From Candidatus Helarchaeota archaeon (lineage in GTDB: Archaea; Asgardarchaeota; Lokiarchaeia; Helarchaeales; RDOG01), in assembly GCA_019058315.1 (NCBI GenBank), contig JAHPZH010000003.1, forward strand, positions 716,451 to 780,450: a DNA stretch of 64,000 bases, in the 5' to 3' direction. Position 1 is the first letter of the stretch. Each line of letters opens with the position of its first letter. The notes under the pieces are model-generated. The model saw nothing but the letters and a program-made list of their open reading frames with translations, did no database searches and was not told where the DNA came from. Of this stretch, positions 19,046 through 29,337 are shown one piece after another. The translations under genes were made by a program, and so were the position numbers.

Positions 19046-19207
19046 ATGACGTATAAAATTGAATATTTTTATTTTGATTACAGTTTGGTATTAACGTGTT
19101 CATGTGGTAGAGTTTCTAAGCAATTCGGTTCGAACCATACCAATACGTTCAAGTGTTCGTGCGGATTAACATTTAAAGTGTTGCCAGAAGTAGTTAAAAT
19201 TAAATAA
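19046..19207 (+). CDS. 53-aa Zn-ribbon microprotein, copy 2
   Basis: Near-identical to 18481-18642 (CSCG...CSCG). Confidence 0.75.
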   Translation: MTYKIEYFYFDYSLVLTCSCGRVSKQFGSNHTNTFKCSCGLTFKVLPEVVKIK

Positions 19208-19319
19208 AAGGTTTATCTCAACAAAAAATTTAATAATTATAAACGACAATTTTTTAATCACAAGCTATTAGAGAGGGCATATTGTAATTGCGCTTTAAGA
19301 GCTTAAATTCTATTATTTC

Positions 19320-19892
19320 ATGAGGGTTAGAATGGATAGATCAAAATTTTTATTCTTAACAACTAAACACGGGAGACTTTCATTCGAAAGACCACCTAAG
19401 GGAATGAAAGATGTTATAATTGCAATTACCAGAAAAAATTTAGAGATAAAATCTAAAAAAACAGGAGAAATAAAGAAAATTCCTCTCAAACAGATAGAAA
19501 TGGCAGAAAAAATAGATAGTTCAAAAACTAGCTATGTAGGAACAGCCTTGTTTGGGACACCTCCGACTCAAGATAGAAAAATATACACAAAAATAATAGC
19601 TAAAAAAAGAAAACCTTTTTATATTACATTTATAAGTGGAATGTCTGGTTGGCAAGTGGATTTACACGATGAGTTCTATTCAATTTTGAAATCTAGAATT
19701 GATAAAATAGAAAAAGAAAGCGAATTACAAAAGTTAAAAGAATTGCAAAAACCCACCAATGTTTTTTATATAAATATTCCACCACAGACAAAATTAGCAG
19801 CTTTAAAATGTCCTTCATGCCAAGCACCATTAGAATATATGCCCCCTTGTAAATGTGAGCATTGTGGAGTCATGATTGAGTTAATGAAATAA
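19320..19892 (+). CDS. PH-like beta domain plus shared C-terminal Zn-ribbon tail
   Basis: Tail IPPQTKLAALKCPSCQAPLEYMPPCKCEHCGVMIELMK. The PH-like fold is an inference. Confidence 0.7.
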   Translation: MRVRMDRSKFLFLTTKHGRLSFERPPKGMKDVIIAITRKNLEIKSKKTGEIKKIPLKQIEMAEKIDSSKTSYVGTALFGTPPTQDRKIYTKIIAKKRKPFYITFISGMSGWQVDLHDEFYSILKSRIDKIEKESELQKLKELQKPTNVFYINIPPQTKLAALKCPSCQAPLEYMPPCKCEHCGVMIELMK

Positions 19893-19895
19893 AAA

Positions 19896-20048
19896 ATGGG
19901 ATCAAAGGGAATGTCTGAAATTACTCTATTTGAAGCAGCTCGACATTGTTATTATTCATTAGAACCTAAGGGAGATAAAATCGATGTCTTTCTCAAAATC
20001 ACTAAAAATGAGTTAAAAATTTGGGTTAAGGTGCTCGATAAAGATTAG
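19896..20048 (+). pseudogene. Truncated PH-like domain gene (50 aa)
   Basis: ITLFEAARHCYYSLEP...FLKITKNELKIW resembles the second domain of 56179-57039. Confidence 0.45.
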
Positions 20049-20104
20049 CCATAAGAGATTAAAGGTTAAATGTGAATGATAAAAATAAATGGGAGTAACA
20101 CACC

Positions 20105-20881
20105 TTGAAAGAATTTCTTGAACGATTGGAATGGATGAAAATAAACAAAATCAAAAATAATTCAGAAAAAAATGCACTAGTTGAGTTAAAAAATAGATAC
20201 GGATTACAAAATGAAGACTTTGAATTGGATAAAAGTGGTCATATAATAAAACTGAAAATAATCGGCAAGAAATTACATTTAATTCCAGAAATTTTAAGTG
20301 TCTTTTCCCAGTTACAAGATTTGAATCTTTCAAATAATGAAATTGTGAAAATAGAAAAGCTTGAAAATTTAACCCAATTAAAAGAATTAGACCTTAGTAA
20401 AAATCAGATAACAAAGATATCGGGTCTAGAAGACTTTACTAAGTTCCGAAAATTAGATCTTATGGGAAATCCTCTAGAGAAAGAAGATCAAGTTGTATAT
20501 AAAAAGGGAATAGCTACAGTAATTAAATATTGCCAAAAAAATAAAAGAATAGAGCTATTTAAAAAAAACTTACTTGATTATATTGCTCCTTATGATGAAA
20601 TGACATTTAAAAAAATAGCAGATCATTTCGAATTGGATGTGCTATTTGTTGAAAATGAGATTAAAAATATGTTAGAAAGTAAAAAAATTATTGGCAGATT
20701 GTTTCCTGATAAAATTATCTTAAGAGAATTAAGTCCGAAAATCGATCAGACTGTATATATAACAATTCCACCTAAAACAAAATTGACTGCCTTAAAATGT
20801 CCTTCTTGTCAAGCACCCCTAGAATACATACCTCCCTGTAAATGTGAGCATTGTGGGGTTATGATTGAATTAATGAAATAA
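20105..20881 (+). CDS. LRR plus PCI-like winged helix plus shared Zn-ribbon tail
   Basis: LxxLxLSxNxI repeats; 'YDEMTFKKIADHF..VENEIKNML..IIGRL'; same tail as 19320. Confidence 0.75.
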   Translation: MKEFLERLEWMKINKIKNNSEKNALVELKNRYGLQNEDFELDKSGHIIKLKIIGKKLHLIPEILSVFSQLQDLNLSNNEIVKIEKLENLTQLKELDLSKNQITKISGLEDFTKFRKLDLMGNPLEKEDQVVYKKGIATVIKYCQKNKRIELFKKNLLDYIAPYDEMTFKKIADHFELDVLFVENEIKNMLESKKIIGRLFPDKIILRELSPKIDQTVYITIPPKTKLTALKCPSCQAPLEYIPPCKCEHCGVMIELMK

Positions 20882-20978
20882 GAGAAGAAATTTTATGTTT
20901 AATACGGTTGGTACATAAATGATCCCCGTTGGCATCCTGAACAATGTTTAGATGATGAAAATATAGTAACTACATATA

Positions 20979-21092
20979 TTAACTTGTGCATGTGGTAGAG
21001 TATCCAAGCAATTAGGTTTGAACCATACAAATACATTCAAGTGTCCGTACGGGTTAACATATAAAGTGTTGCCGGAAGTAGTTAAAATTTAA
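20979..21092 (+). pseudogene. 5'-truncated third copy of the Zn-ribbon microgene
   Basis: LTCACGRVSKQLGLNHTNTFKCPYGLTYKVLPEVVKI*; in-frame stop upstream and a Cys->Tyr change. Confidence 0.75.
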
Positions 21093-21185
21093 TAATTATA
21101 CATATTAATAATAATTGATATATTAATTCAAAGATTATTTGAGGATCTTTTTTGAGGAGAAAATTATGAAATGGAGGTTTAAACC

Positions 21186-22172
21186 ATTACCGTAAGATCC
21201 GAAGATGTATTATTTCATTGTGAGAAACATGGCAGATTTACAAAGGAAATGACCTATTTTTATAGGATGATAGATTCAAGAATCTCAATAATTAATAAAA
21301 TTATTATAATTAGCCCGAAGAAGAGAAACCTTGGTGAAGTACGGATAGATATTGATAAAATCAAAACGATTAAGATGCATAAAGATAGCTTGAAAGGACC
21401 GGAACCATATTATGAAATTATTCTTGATAATAAAGAAAAATTTTTCATTACTTTTGCCTCTACATGGGGTTCTTCTACAAAAAATCTTCATAAACAATTT
21501 AAAGAAGTATTAAACCAGAAGTTAGGTATTTCTATAAAGCAAGGAATAGATAGAACTGGACCACCTGCATTTTCTTTTAAAATGGCTCCCAGAACGAGTT
21601 TAAAAGAAGAAAAACCATCATTATTTTTTGCTGAAAAACACGGTAGATATTCCGTGCAAAGACCACCAAAAGGATTAAAGGATTCATTTATAAAAATCAG
21701 CAAAGAGAATTTAACAATAGCAATAAAGATTTCTGGAGAGAGAATTAGAGTTCCACTTATAAATATAGATGTTGCTGAAAGAATCGATAGCTCTAAAACA
21801 AGTTATGTTGGCACAGCATTATTCGGAACTCCTCCTGTTCAACAAAGGAAAATTTATACTAAGATTATAACCAAAACGGGACAATCTTTCTATGTAACAT
21901 TTATAAGCGGAATGTCGGGTTGGCAAGTAGAACTACACGATGAATTTTATGCAATTTTAAGGTCACAGCTTGATAGAATTCAAAAGGAAAAAGAATTAGA
22001 AGAACTTAAGAAGATGCAGAAACCAACCAACGTATTTTACATAAATATCCCACCACAAACAAAATTATCTGCTCTAACAGCTTTAAAATGTCCTTCATGT
22101 CAAGCACCTTTGGAATATATGCCACCCTGTAAATGTGAGCATTGCGGGGTTATGATTGAATTAATGAAATAA
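21186..22172 (+). CDS. Tandem PH-like domains plus shared Zn-ribbon tail
   Basis: Second domain is very similar to 19320. Start extended from ATG 21249 to ATT 21186, which follows GGAGG and restores the 'FHCEKHGRFTK' motif. Confidence 0.7.
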   Translation: MTVRSEDVLFHCEKHGRFTKEMTYFYRMIDSRISIINKIIIISPKKRNLGEVRIDIDKIKTIKMHKDSLKGPEPYYEIILDNKEKFFITFASTWGSSTKNLHKQFKEVLNQKLGISIKQGIDRTGPPAFSFKMAPRTSLKEEKPSLFFAEKHGRYSVQRPPKGLKDSFIKISKENLTIAIKISGERIRVPLINIDVAERIDSSKTSYVGTALFGTPPVQQRKIYTKIITKTGQSFYVTFISGMSGWQVELHDEFYAILRSQLDRIQKEKELEELKKMQKPTNVFYINIPPQTKLSALTALKCPSCQAPLEYMPPCKCEHCGVMIELMK

Positions 22173-22196
22173 ATAGAAGTAGAATGAGGAAAAGAT

Positions 22197-23156
22197 ATGA
22201 CAGACATAAATGATCTTTCTATTTTCGGGGATTATTCTAATCTGGAGAATAGGGTGACTGTTGCTCTATTACATATTTTTAATGCTGGTAAAGAAGAACT
22301 CATTAGGTTTATTGCCAACAAAATCAAGATAACTCTGCCTTCTAGTGAGATTGATATAATATCCCAAGAAAAGCAACAAGAATCTATTCCAGATGGCACA
22401 TTAAAATGTGGTTTTATGTTTAATCTCTTTATTGAGAGTAAAATAAAACAAAATAGTATAAATACAACTCAGTTAATGAACCATAAAAAAGCTGTAGAAA
22501 AAGTAACCCTAACGAATCCTAACTCATTTTTGTTATATCTCACACCAGACACCAATAAACCAACAGAGCTTGATGAGGAGGTTTACTGGACTAATTGGGA
22601 TTCAATAATTTCTTGGCTAAAAGAATACATTGAGTCCCATGAAGAAGAAGAACTGAAATCCAATTCACTTCTGATCTACTTGGTGGAACAACTTGAAGTC
22701 CTACTTATTAACAAGTCTATAATTTCAGGTGAATGGAATTTTAGTCAGAACGATAAAGTACTGATAGTCGGTGGTAAGGACTTTGGAGAAAAAACTGCAA
22801 TTGAATGTGGTAAATATTTCAGTCAGGGTAATAGGACTTTCCGACCTTCTGGATATATAGCGTTTTATTACAACCATCGAATAGAATATTGTTTTGAGAT
22901 TATTGAACCACCCAAAGAGAACCAAAAATTAATGGACTATCAAGATCTATTTAATATCATCAAAGAAAAGGGTGCTGAAAATGCAGATTGGGTTAAAGAA
23001 CCAAAGAGAATTTTTATTTTAGGAAAACGAGTCCCCATTCAAATAATCCATAATGATAAAAAGAATAGACATGGCGATCCTACTGCTTTCACTTACAATC
23101 AGACTTATACAACTATTGACAAATTAAAAAAAGCAAAATTAACTTCAGAATTATGA
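22197..23156 (+). CDS. PD-(D/E)XK-type nuclease-domain protein (putative defence)
   Basis: EN..T...IPDG...FIESK...QL motif. Confidence 0.65.
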   Translation: MTDINDLSIFGDYSNLENRVTVALLHIFNAGKEELIRFIANKIKITLPSSEIDIISQEKQQESIPDGTLKCGFMFNLFIESKIKQNSINTTQLMNHKKAVEKVTLTNPNSFLLYLTPDTNKPTELDEEVYWTNWDSIISWLKEYIESHEEEELKSNSLLIYLVEQLEVLLINKSIISGEWNFSQNDKVLIVGGKDFGEKTAIECGKYFSQGNRTFRPSGYIAFYYNHRIEYCFEIIEPPKENQKLMDYQDLFNIIKEKGAENADWVKEPKRIFILGKRVPIQIIHNDKKNRHGDPTAFTYNQTYTTIDKLKKAKLTSEL

Positions 23157-23184
23157 TTAAATTGAAATGCAGTGAATGGTTAGC

Positions 23185-23651
23185 ATGATTTTTCATGTAA
23201 TAGGTCTCCATTGTGCTGGAAAATCCACATTCATCAAAAAAAATTTCCAAGTGCAGTAGTCCTGGACATGAAAAAATTCTATAAAACCCATGATTTCCTA
23301 CCCGCAACCTCCTATCATGACAGGACCGCACATACTTTGGAACATGAATTTCAAGATTGCCTGAAGGAGGCAAAAAAGAACAATAAAATCTTGGTCGTGG
23401 AGAGTTCGGGGACAAATCAGAGGGTGAATCAGTTGGTTGCGGAACATGACCATATCACCATTTTAGTCGTGACTCCCTTGGAGATTGTAAGGGAACGGAT
23501 TGAGAAGGAGAAAGATCCGGAGTTTGATGCGGAAACGCTGAATAATGCGGTATTGGAGGGGCTGGCAGCGGGGAGGGTGCAATTTGATACGAAATATTTT
23601 ACTCAGTTAGATAGATTTTATCCTGATTTGAAAATTAAAGAATTTGGATAA
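23185..23651 (+). CDS. P-loop (NMP-kinase-like) protein split by a -1 frame break in an A8 run
   Basis: ATG 23185 gives IFHVIGLHCAGKSTF (Walker A). It continues in the -1 frame (23211-23651 ORF) at the A8 run 23236-23243. Confidence 0.7.
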
Positions 23652-24303
23652 TGGTGAAATATTTTGTCGATTATTGATTTAATTACGGTTTTAAATATTA
23701 AAATGCTCATCTAATTTATGAAGGGGAGTTTTAAAAAAAATAATAAAAAGAAAAAATTTAGATAATATAACAGAAAATTATCCTAAATAAAAAAAAGGAT
23801 AATTTAGACAAATTTTAAAAAATATACTTTATTATGAAATAGATTTTTGATTAATTAGCGAATTCCTAATAAAAAATATTAATTAAATCATAAATATAAA
23901 GAAAATAAAGAAAATTAAAAAAAATGGACATTTGAAAATGAAATAAAAATTTTAAAAAAATTAAATTACAAATTGGAGATGTTAAAAAGAGAAGGTATTG
24001 TCAAAAAGAGAAAATAATAAGAAGTTAAGTAAAAGGAACTTTGGTTATCCCATTTTTAAGCTTAAACTTAAAAAAGACAAAATCAGGTCGACATCCATTA
24101 TTCTGTCATATTAGGACAACCTGGTTCCGAAATAACTTACTCTTTCTTCTTTAAAAAAGTTTGGATTTCTAAAGACATGTCAATAACTATCTAAAGATTT
24201 ATCTAAAAGAACATGACGATTTCTAAAAAGTATAATCATTTATCTAATTAAAATTTCATTTCTCAAAATCCTCCAAAACATTATATCTGAAAAGAAAAAA
24301 GGA

Positions 24304-24915
24304 TTGTTATTAAATCTGACTGAACTAAAAAAACCAATTGATAAAAATCAATATAAAAAAAGCGAAATTGATTTTATAAAATATTTTAAAGTGAATAGAA
24401 TTGAATCAATAATAAATCAATTTACTATACTTTTAGAAAAATCAAGTAAAGAAGAAGAGATTCAAAAATTTTTAGAAAAATATCCTATTCTAATCAATCA
24501 ATATTCCAAAGTCTATCCAAAATTTAAATTAGGTGAAAATTACATAACGGATTTTGTTATTAAAAATATACTTGACCAAGGGATTCATTATACTTTAGTT
24601 GAAATAGAAAAATCAAATATGCGAGTGTTAAATAAGGATCGGACTTTCACCTCAGATTTTAACAAGGCATATAAGCAAGTTTTGGATTGGAAAGTGTGGC
24701 TCCAAAAAAATCAAGTTTATATCCAAGGGAAATTGGAAGGTTTTGAAAGCCCATCATTCATAATTATTGGTGGGCGTTCAGAAGGTATTTCAGAAAAGGG
24801 AAAAGAAAATATTCGAGCATGGAATAGGAGCCAAAATAATATCAAATTTTATACTTATGATGATATTTTAAAAAGAGTAGAAGAATATTTAAATAACATA
24901 AAGCAATATTCGTAA
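24304..24915 (+). CDS. DUF4263 / Shedu (SduA)-like nuclease domain
   Basis: EEEIQKFLE, DF, VEIEK, QVLDW, IIIGGR, TYDD. Confidence 0.8.
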   Translation: MLLNLTELKKPIDKNQYKKSEIDFIKYFKVNRIESIINQFTILLEKSSKEEEIQKFLEKYPILINQYSKVYPKFKLGENYITDFVIKNILDQGIHYTLVEIEKSNMRVLNKDRTFTSDFNKAYKQVLDWKVWLQKNQVYIQGKLEGFESPSFIIIGGRSEGISEKGKENIRAWNRSQNNIKFYTYDDILKRVEEYLNNIKQYS

Positions 24916-24923
24916 GGGATAAA

Positions 24924-25274
24924 TTGTCAAAAGAAAGGGAACTCATTGTAGAGTTCGAGAAATACAAGAGGAACAAAATTGAAAATTTCAAATATGAACA
25001 TAGATCACGTCTTAAAGACCAGTTCCGTTTTTTAGTAGATTTGATAGTGAATAAGATTCCCTTGGACTCGGAAGTGGATTTTGGGGGGTTAAGTGGGATG
25101 TGTAAGTGTGGGAAGAAAATAAGTAGGGGGTCTTTATACAAGGATGGTACGGTCGTAGGTTCTACCTGTGCAAGAACCTTGAGTAATATTGCCACCGAAT
25201 TTTCCATGATCGAGCAATTTATTTTATTGAAAGAAGAGGAATTAAATAGGAAATTAAAAGAATTAAGAGGTTAA
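24924..25274 (+). CDS. Hypothetical protein with Cys cluster
   Basis: CKCGKKI...VGSTCA. Confidence 0.55.
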   Translation: MSKERELIVEFEKYKRNKIENFKYEHRSRLKDQFRFLVDLIVNKIPLDSEVDFGGLSGMCKCGKKISRGSLYKDGTVVGSTCARTLSNIATEFSMIEQFILLKEEELNRKLKELRG

Positions 25275-25705
25275 GCGTGATAATCCCTAATTAATTCTTC
25301 CCTCAATTCTGCCTTTAAACTCTTTTTAATGTTTAATATTAAATCTTTTCTAATTTGGTATTGTTTTTGACTTCCTTTTATCTGTTCAATCTGTTCATTA
25401 AAAAATTTTGATATTTTATCTATGGGATCTCTATCAAATCCTAATTCTGTTTGTATATCATCAAAACATTCCTTACAGAAGTCATCAATAGACTGACAAA
25501 TTTCATAATCTGAACTATATGATAGATTTTTTCCACAAATTAGGCATTTATTATACGTTTCTTCTTCTTTCTTCTTATCAATTTTATAAAAAACCCAATA
25601 AATAAAATATTGAATGTCATCTGGTTTGAAAAATGTGTGGTTATAGACTTCTTTAACACTTTTTACCAAATTTTTTATTAACTTGAATTTTTCATTTCTG
25701 TTCAT
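25271..25705 (-). CDS. Hypothetical Zn-finger protein
   Basis: CLICG...CKEC. Confidence 0.55.
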   Translation of the reverse strand: MNRNEKFKLIKNLVKSVKEVYNHTFFKPDDIQYFIYWVFYKIDKKKEEETYNKCLICGKNLSYSSDYEICQSIDDFCKECFDDIQTELGFDRDPIDKISKFFNEQIEQIKGSQKQYQIRKDLILNIKKSLKAELREELIRDYHA

Positions 25706-25758
25706 TTTTTGCCACCATTTTATATCATTTTATATATATCCATTTCATTCTCTAAAGT

Positions 25759-26805
25759 CTATGGTAGAATCCCACCCCATTTTTGAAAAATTATTTTTTC
25801 TTTTTTTAATCGAGGTAAGTCAAATTCATTTACAGGAATATTCGATTCTCCATGTCTTTGATAATATGTTAATTTATCTGTTTTAACTGCGTATAATTGA
25901 GGCATTCTTGGAATAAAAAAGACCAATACTATTTTGCCATTTTTAAGTTTGATTTCGTTGTAAATAACACCTTTTGTAGGTTCTAGAAATGGTGAAAGGT
26001 GGTTAAAAGAATTAAGAACATGTTGAACTTCACTTGGTGAAATTCCTTTTATTTCTTTAATTTGACTATTTTCTTCAAAAATCCCAATAATTATATGCCC
26101 TCCTTTGGTATTGGCAAATGCAGATATGGTTTTTGCTAACTTTTCTCCCTTTGAAATTGATTTAAATTCAATGAAGACACGTTTATTATGGTCAAGAAAA
26201 GAACCTTCCCGAATTAACTTATTTTTTAATTTAATTATAGTATCCATAGTAACATTTTCAATAGAATCAGGTATTAAATAATTAATTTCATGGAGAGAAT
26301 ATCTACCCAATTCTGTAATTTCCCAGTAAGAATTTCTAATAATTTTTGCTAAATCTTCGAGATAAATTCCTATATCATCATAGAGAAAATCTTTAATTTT
26401 TTCATAATCTTCTTTTTTTGAATTTATTTCCTCAAAAATATCTTTATAATAAACAAAACAATGTGTTGGATTTCTTTCCCAAGCTTTATTTAATATCCTT
26501 AAGACATCATCCCCTACTTTTTTAAAGAATTGAGTTTCTAAGAATTCTTCATGGACTAATATTCCATAAGAACCGATTTGTAATTCGAAAAATTCCTCAT
26601 CAACATCTCCCTGAGCTGCTATCCAAACATAAAATCCTTTAGATTTGCCATCATATAATGCTCTTTTTAATTGAACTATTTCAATATGTTTATAATTTTT
26701 TTGAAGATAATCTAATACCTCAGTAAATTTAGATGGTTTTCCTTCTAATTTCTTATCATATAAAAACTTAATAGTTACTTTTTGTATTGCAGTAATTTCA
26801 AACAA
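25759..26805 (-). CDS. Protein with C-terminal AlbA_2 (Schlafen-like) domain
   Basis: IEFK...KTISAFANTKGGHIIIGI...YYQRHG. Confidence 0.85.
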   Translation of the reverse strand: MFEITAIQKVTIKFLYDKKLEGKPSKFTEVLDYLQKNYKHIEIVQLKRALYDGKSKGFYVWIAAQGDVDEEFFELQIGSYGILVHEEFLETQFFKKVGDDVLRILNKAWERNPTHCFVYYKDIFEEINSKKEDYEKIKDFLYDDIGIYLEDLAKIIRNSYWEITELGRYSLHEINYLIPDSIENVTMDTIIKLKNKLIREGSFLDHNKRVFIEFKSISKGEKLAKTISAFANTKGGHIIIGIFEENSQIKEIKGISPSEVQHVLNSFNHLSPFLEPTKGVIYNEIKLKNGKIVLVFFIPRMPQLYAVKTDKLTYYQRHGESNIPVNEFDLPRLKKEKIIFQKWGGILP

Positions 26806-27123
26806 TCATGATACCTCCAATCCAACGCTTATTAACTCAGAACGGACAATCCGATAAAATAAATTAGATAATAATTTTTTAGCTAGATAATAAATTGAAT
26901 TAGTGGGTACTTTATCAAATGAGATATGAATACTTTTTTTAGTCACTTTAACTTTAAAATCTAATAATTTGAACTTGGAAAGGGTAGGATAAGAATATTT
27001 CATAATTAGTTCAAATTTCTTTTTCGAATTTTCAACACCTTCTTGAAGTACTCTTGAAATATTGTCAAAACCTTCAATGCTACCTGACCTAACTTTAATC
27101 TTATTCCATCTTAAATTATACAA
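26806..27123 (-). CDS. Hypothetical protein
   Basis: Abuts the AlbA_2 gene; no recognised motif. Confidence 0.45.
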   Translation of the reverse strand: MYNLRWNKIKVRSGSIEGFDNISRVLQEGVENSKKKFELIMKYSYPTLSKFKLLDFKVKVTKKSIHISFDKVPTNSIYYLAKKLLSNLFYRIVRSELISVGLEVS

Positions 27124-27377
27124 TTTATATTTCTTCCAAGATCCTTATTAAAATTTACTCCATAAGTAAAATTTTCCCGTTATCTGTTATTTTTTAACAG
27201 TTTCTTACTTATTAATTTTAAGTCATCTCTCTCCCCTCTTAAGAACCTAAGATTAAGTGACATATTTTGACTTTGAACCCCGACTCACATAGTCGTTTCG
27301 ACATAATTTTCGGTAAAAAGGGAAAGAGTTATACAAAAACCAAAAGAATTAATAACCGATCTTCGGGGTATTAAACA

Positions 27378-27824
27378 ATGAGTGATGACAACACATTGCC
27401 GACCTCAAGAATCCCACCTCTTGATAAAATTTTTTCTTCTAAGGGTAGGATAAGTATATTATTCACCCTCTTAGAAGCGTTAGAACTCAATATAACCGAA
27501 ATAGTAAGGAGAACCCGCTTAAACCATGCAACTGCGGTAAAACATTTGGAGAAATTAGCTGCTTATAAGGTGGTTATAGAAAAGGTATACGGAGTGGGTG
27601 GGAGTATTCGAATTTTTCGGTTAAATGTGGAAAATTCCTTTATAAAATTATTGCGATTTGTGTATCAAATCTTCAAAAAAAAGGGACTTCTGAGTGAAGA
27701 TGACATGGATAGAGTAATGCAGTTTAATATTTTCACGGAGAACCTCGGAAAAGGGGCTAATACTGATAAAGACCTGAGACATTTGATTGATCATTGGAAA
27801 GTGACGTATGGGAATTCTTCATAA
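27378..27824 (+). CDS. ArsR-like winged-HTH protein
   Basis: FSSKGRISIL..ELNITEIVRRTRLNH...HLEKL. Confidence 0.8.
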   Translation: MSDDNTLPTSRIPPLDKIFSSKGRISILFTLLEALELNITEIVRRTRLNHATAVKHLEKLAAYKVVIEKVYGVGGSIRIFRLNVENSFIKLLRFVYQIFKKKGLLSEDDMDRVMQFNIFTENLGKGANTDKDLRHLIDHWKVTYGNSS

Positions 27825-27869
27825 TCAATTACTTTATCCTCTCTTTTTTTCCTAAAAAATTCTCTTCAT

Positions 27870-28523
27870 TTATTCTTTATCGACTTTTTCTACTCTACTT
27901 TCTAAAAAAAATAATATTCCAGTTTTCATCATGGCAGCTGTTAAAGGTAATGCTGCAAGGATCCACCATAGGGAATCGATCATTGAAGGTATTTTCAAAT
28001 AATCGATAATTTTAACAATAAGGAAACTCGGCACACAAAGAACAGACCAAAAATAATAATTCATATAAGCTTTTAAAAAAAAGGGAGCAAATACCAGATT
28101 AATACAGCTAAAAGAGTAAATTAAAAAACCAGAAATTAGACCCAACTTTTGATAGTGTAAGATATTATTTTGTTTAATAAAATTAATTCCAAATAATAAA
28201 AAAAAGAAAGCTAATGAGATATATTCAAAATATTGCAGTCTTAATTGCTCAAATAATTCTGTTGGAACAGAAATAACACGTGGTCTTATAAAATTATAAA
28301 AGAGAGTATAAAAACCTAGATATAATGAAAAGAAAAAAATAAACAGAGAAAATTTTGTTTTATCTGATTTATATGATTCAATGCATGTAAATCCCACTAA
28401 AATATAGCTTCCACAAAATAAATAAGGTAAGATTACATGATCGAGACTAAAAAAGAGCCTTAAAATTTGAAGAACAGAATACATAAGTGCACCTATTCCT
28501 CCTAATATGTATAATTGTTTCAA
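27870..28523 (-). CDS. Multi-pass membrane protein
   Basis: ~6-7 hydrophobic segments. Confidence 0.6.
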   Translation of the reverse strand: MKQLYILGGIGALMYSVLQILRLFFSLDHVILPYLFCGSYILVGFTCIESYKSDKTKFSLFIFFFSLYLGFYTLFYNFIRPRVISVPTELFEQLRLQYFEYISLAFFFLLFGINFIKQNNILHYQKLGLISGFLIYSFSCINLVFAPFFLKAYMNYYFWSVLCVPSFLIVKIIDYLKIPSMIDSLWWILAALPLTAAMMKTGILFFLESRVEKVDKE

Positions 28524-28695
28524 AAGAATCCCTTTTAATCTTATAATAAAAGAACTTGATTAGTTTCTAATATTTAAGAATTCCTACTTTTTGGTAGAAA
28601 TTTCCTTAAAGATAGTTGCTTGAAATTAATTACGATTTTGTAAGTTCCATAGAAATAAATTGCCTTCATTCAGTAATATTAATAGCTAAGAACAT

Positions 28696-29205
28696 CTATA
28701 TTTTATTTCCACATTTCATACAAAATTTTGAATTAGAAGGGATTTTTTCCCCACATTGAGGGCAGAAAATACCGTCTATGGAAGTTGCCGAAATTTTTGA
28801 ATTTAAGAAATCATAGATATCTTCTAATAAATTTATGTCAAAATTAGTCCACTTACTAAATACCGTTATAAAATGTTCAGTATCGTCTGTTTCTATAATT
28901 TTAATCCAAAATGCTCCATCCCACCAAGCTTTAGTTCCCCTAGCAAGACTTTTTGCTATTTTGGAACCAGTTCCTTCTCTCCATCTTATCTTTTTTAACT
29001 CTTTAATTTGTTTAATCGGTATTATTATATCATCATATTTTTTTTTCTTCGGTAAAATTGAAAGAAGATCATCTGTAATAGTTATTACTGAATCGAGTGC
29101 TCCTGATCCACAAAAAGTAAATGAACTTTTCCTTATTTTGCCTTCTTCATTTCTATACTTTCCATGTTTTTTTATATTAAATTCTTCCGTTTTTATCCAC
29201 CTCAT
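28696..29205 (-). CDS. PH-like domain plus C-terminal zinc ribbon
   Basis: KHG..R motif shared with 19320/21186; FCPQCG...FCMKCG. Confidence 0.7.
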   Translation of the reverse strand: MRWIKTEEFNIKKHGKYRNEEGKIRKSSFTFCGSGALDSVITITDDLLSILPKKKKYDDIIIPIKQIKELKKIRWREGTGSKIAKSLARGTKAWWDGAFWIKIIETDDTEHFITVFSKWTNFDINLLEDIYDFLNSKISATSIDGIFCPQCGEKIPSNSKFCMKCGNKI

Positions 29206-29337
29206 TTAAAAGTTGAAAAAAAATAGTGATTAATTATTTACTCCTCTTACTCACCATTCTTTTTGATAATATATTTTTTATTATGTTTTAAGTGATATTA
29301 ATAAATTTACTTTTTTCCATAGGAGAGTCGTCTATAT

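Noticed and set aside
18481-22172. Diversity-generating retroelement TR/VR pairs
   Set aside because: No reverse transcriptase in the window; differences are largely synonymous and not adenine-specific.
23652-24303. A-rich stretch as a structured repeat or gene
   Set aside because: No stable period or long ORF; looks like low-complexity or eroded DNA.
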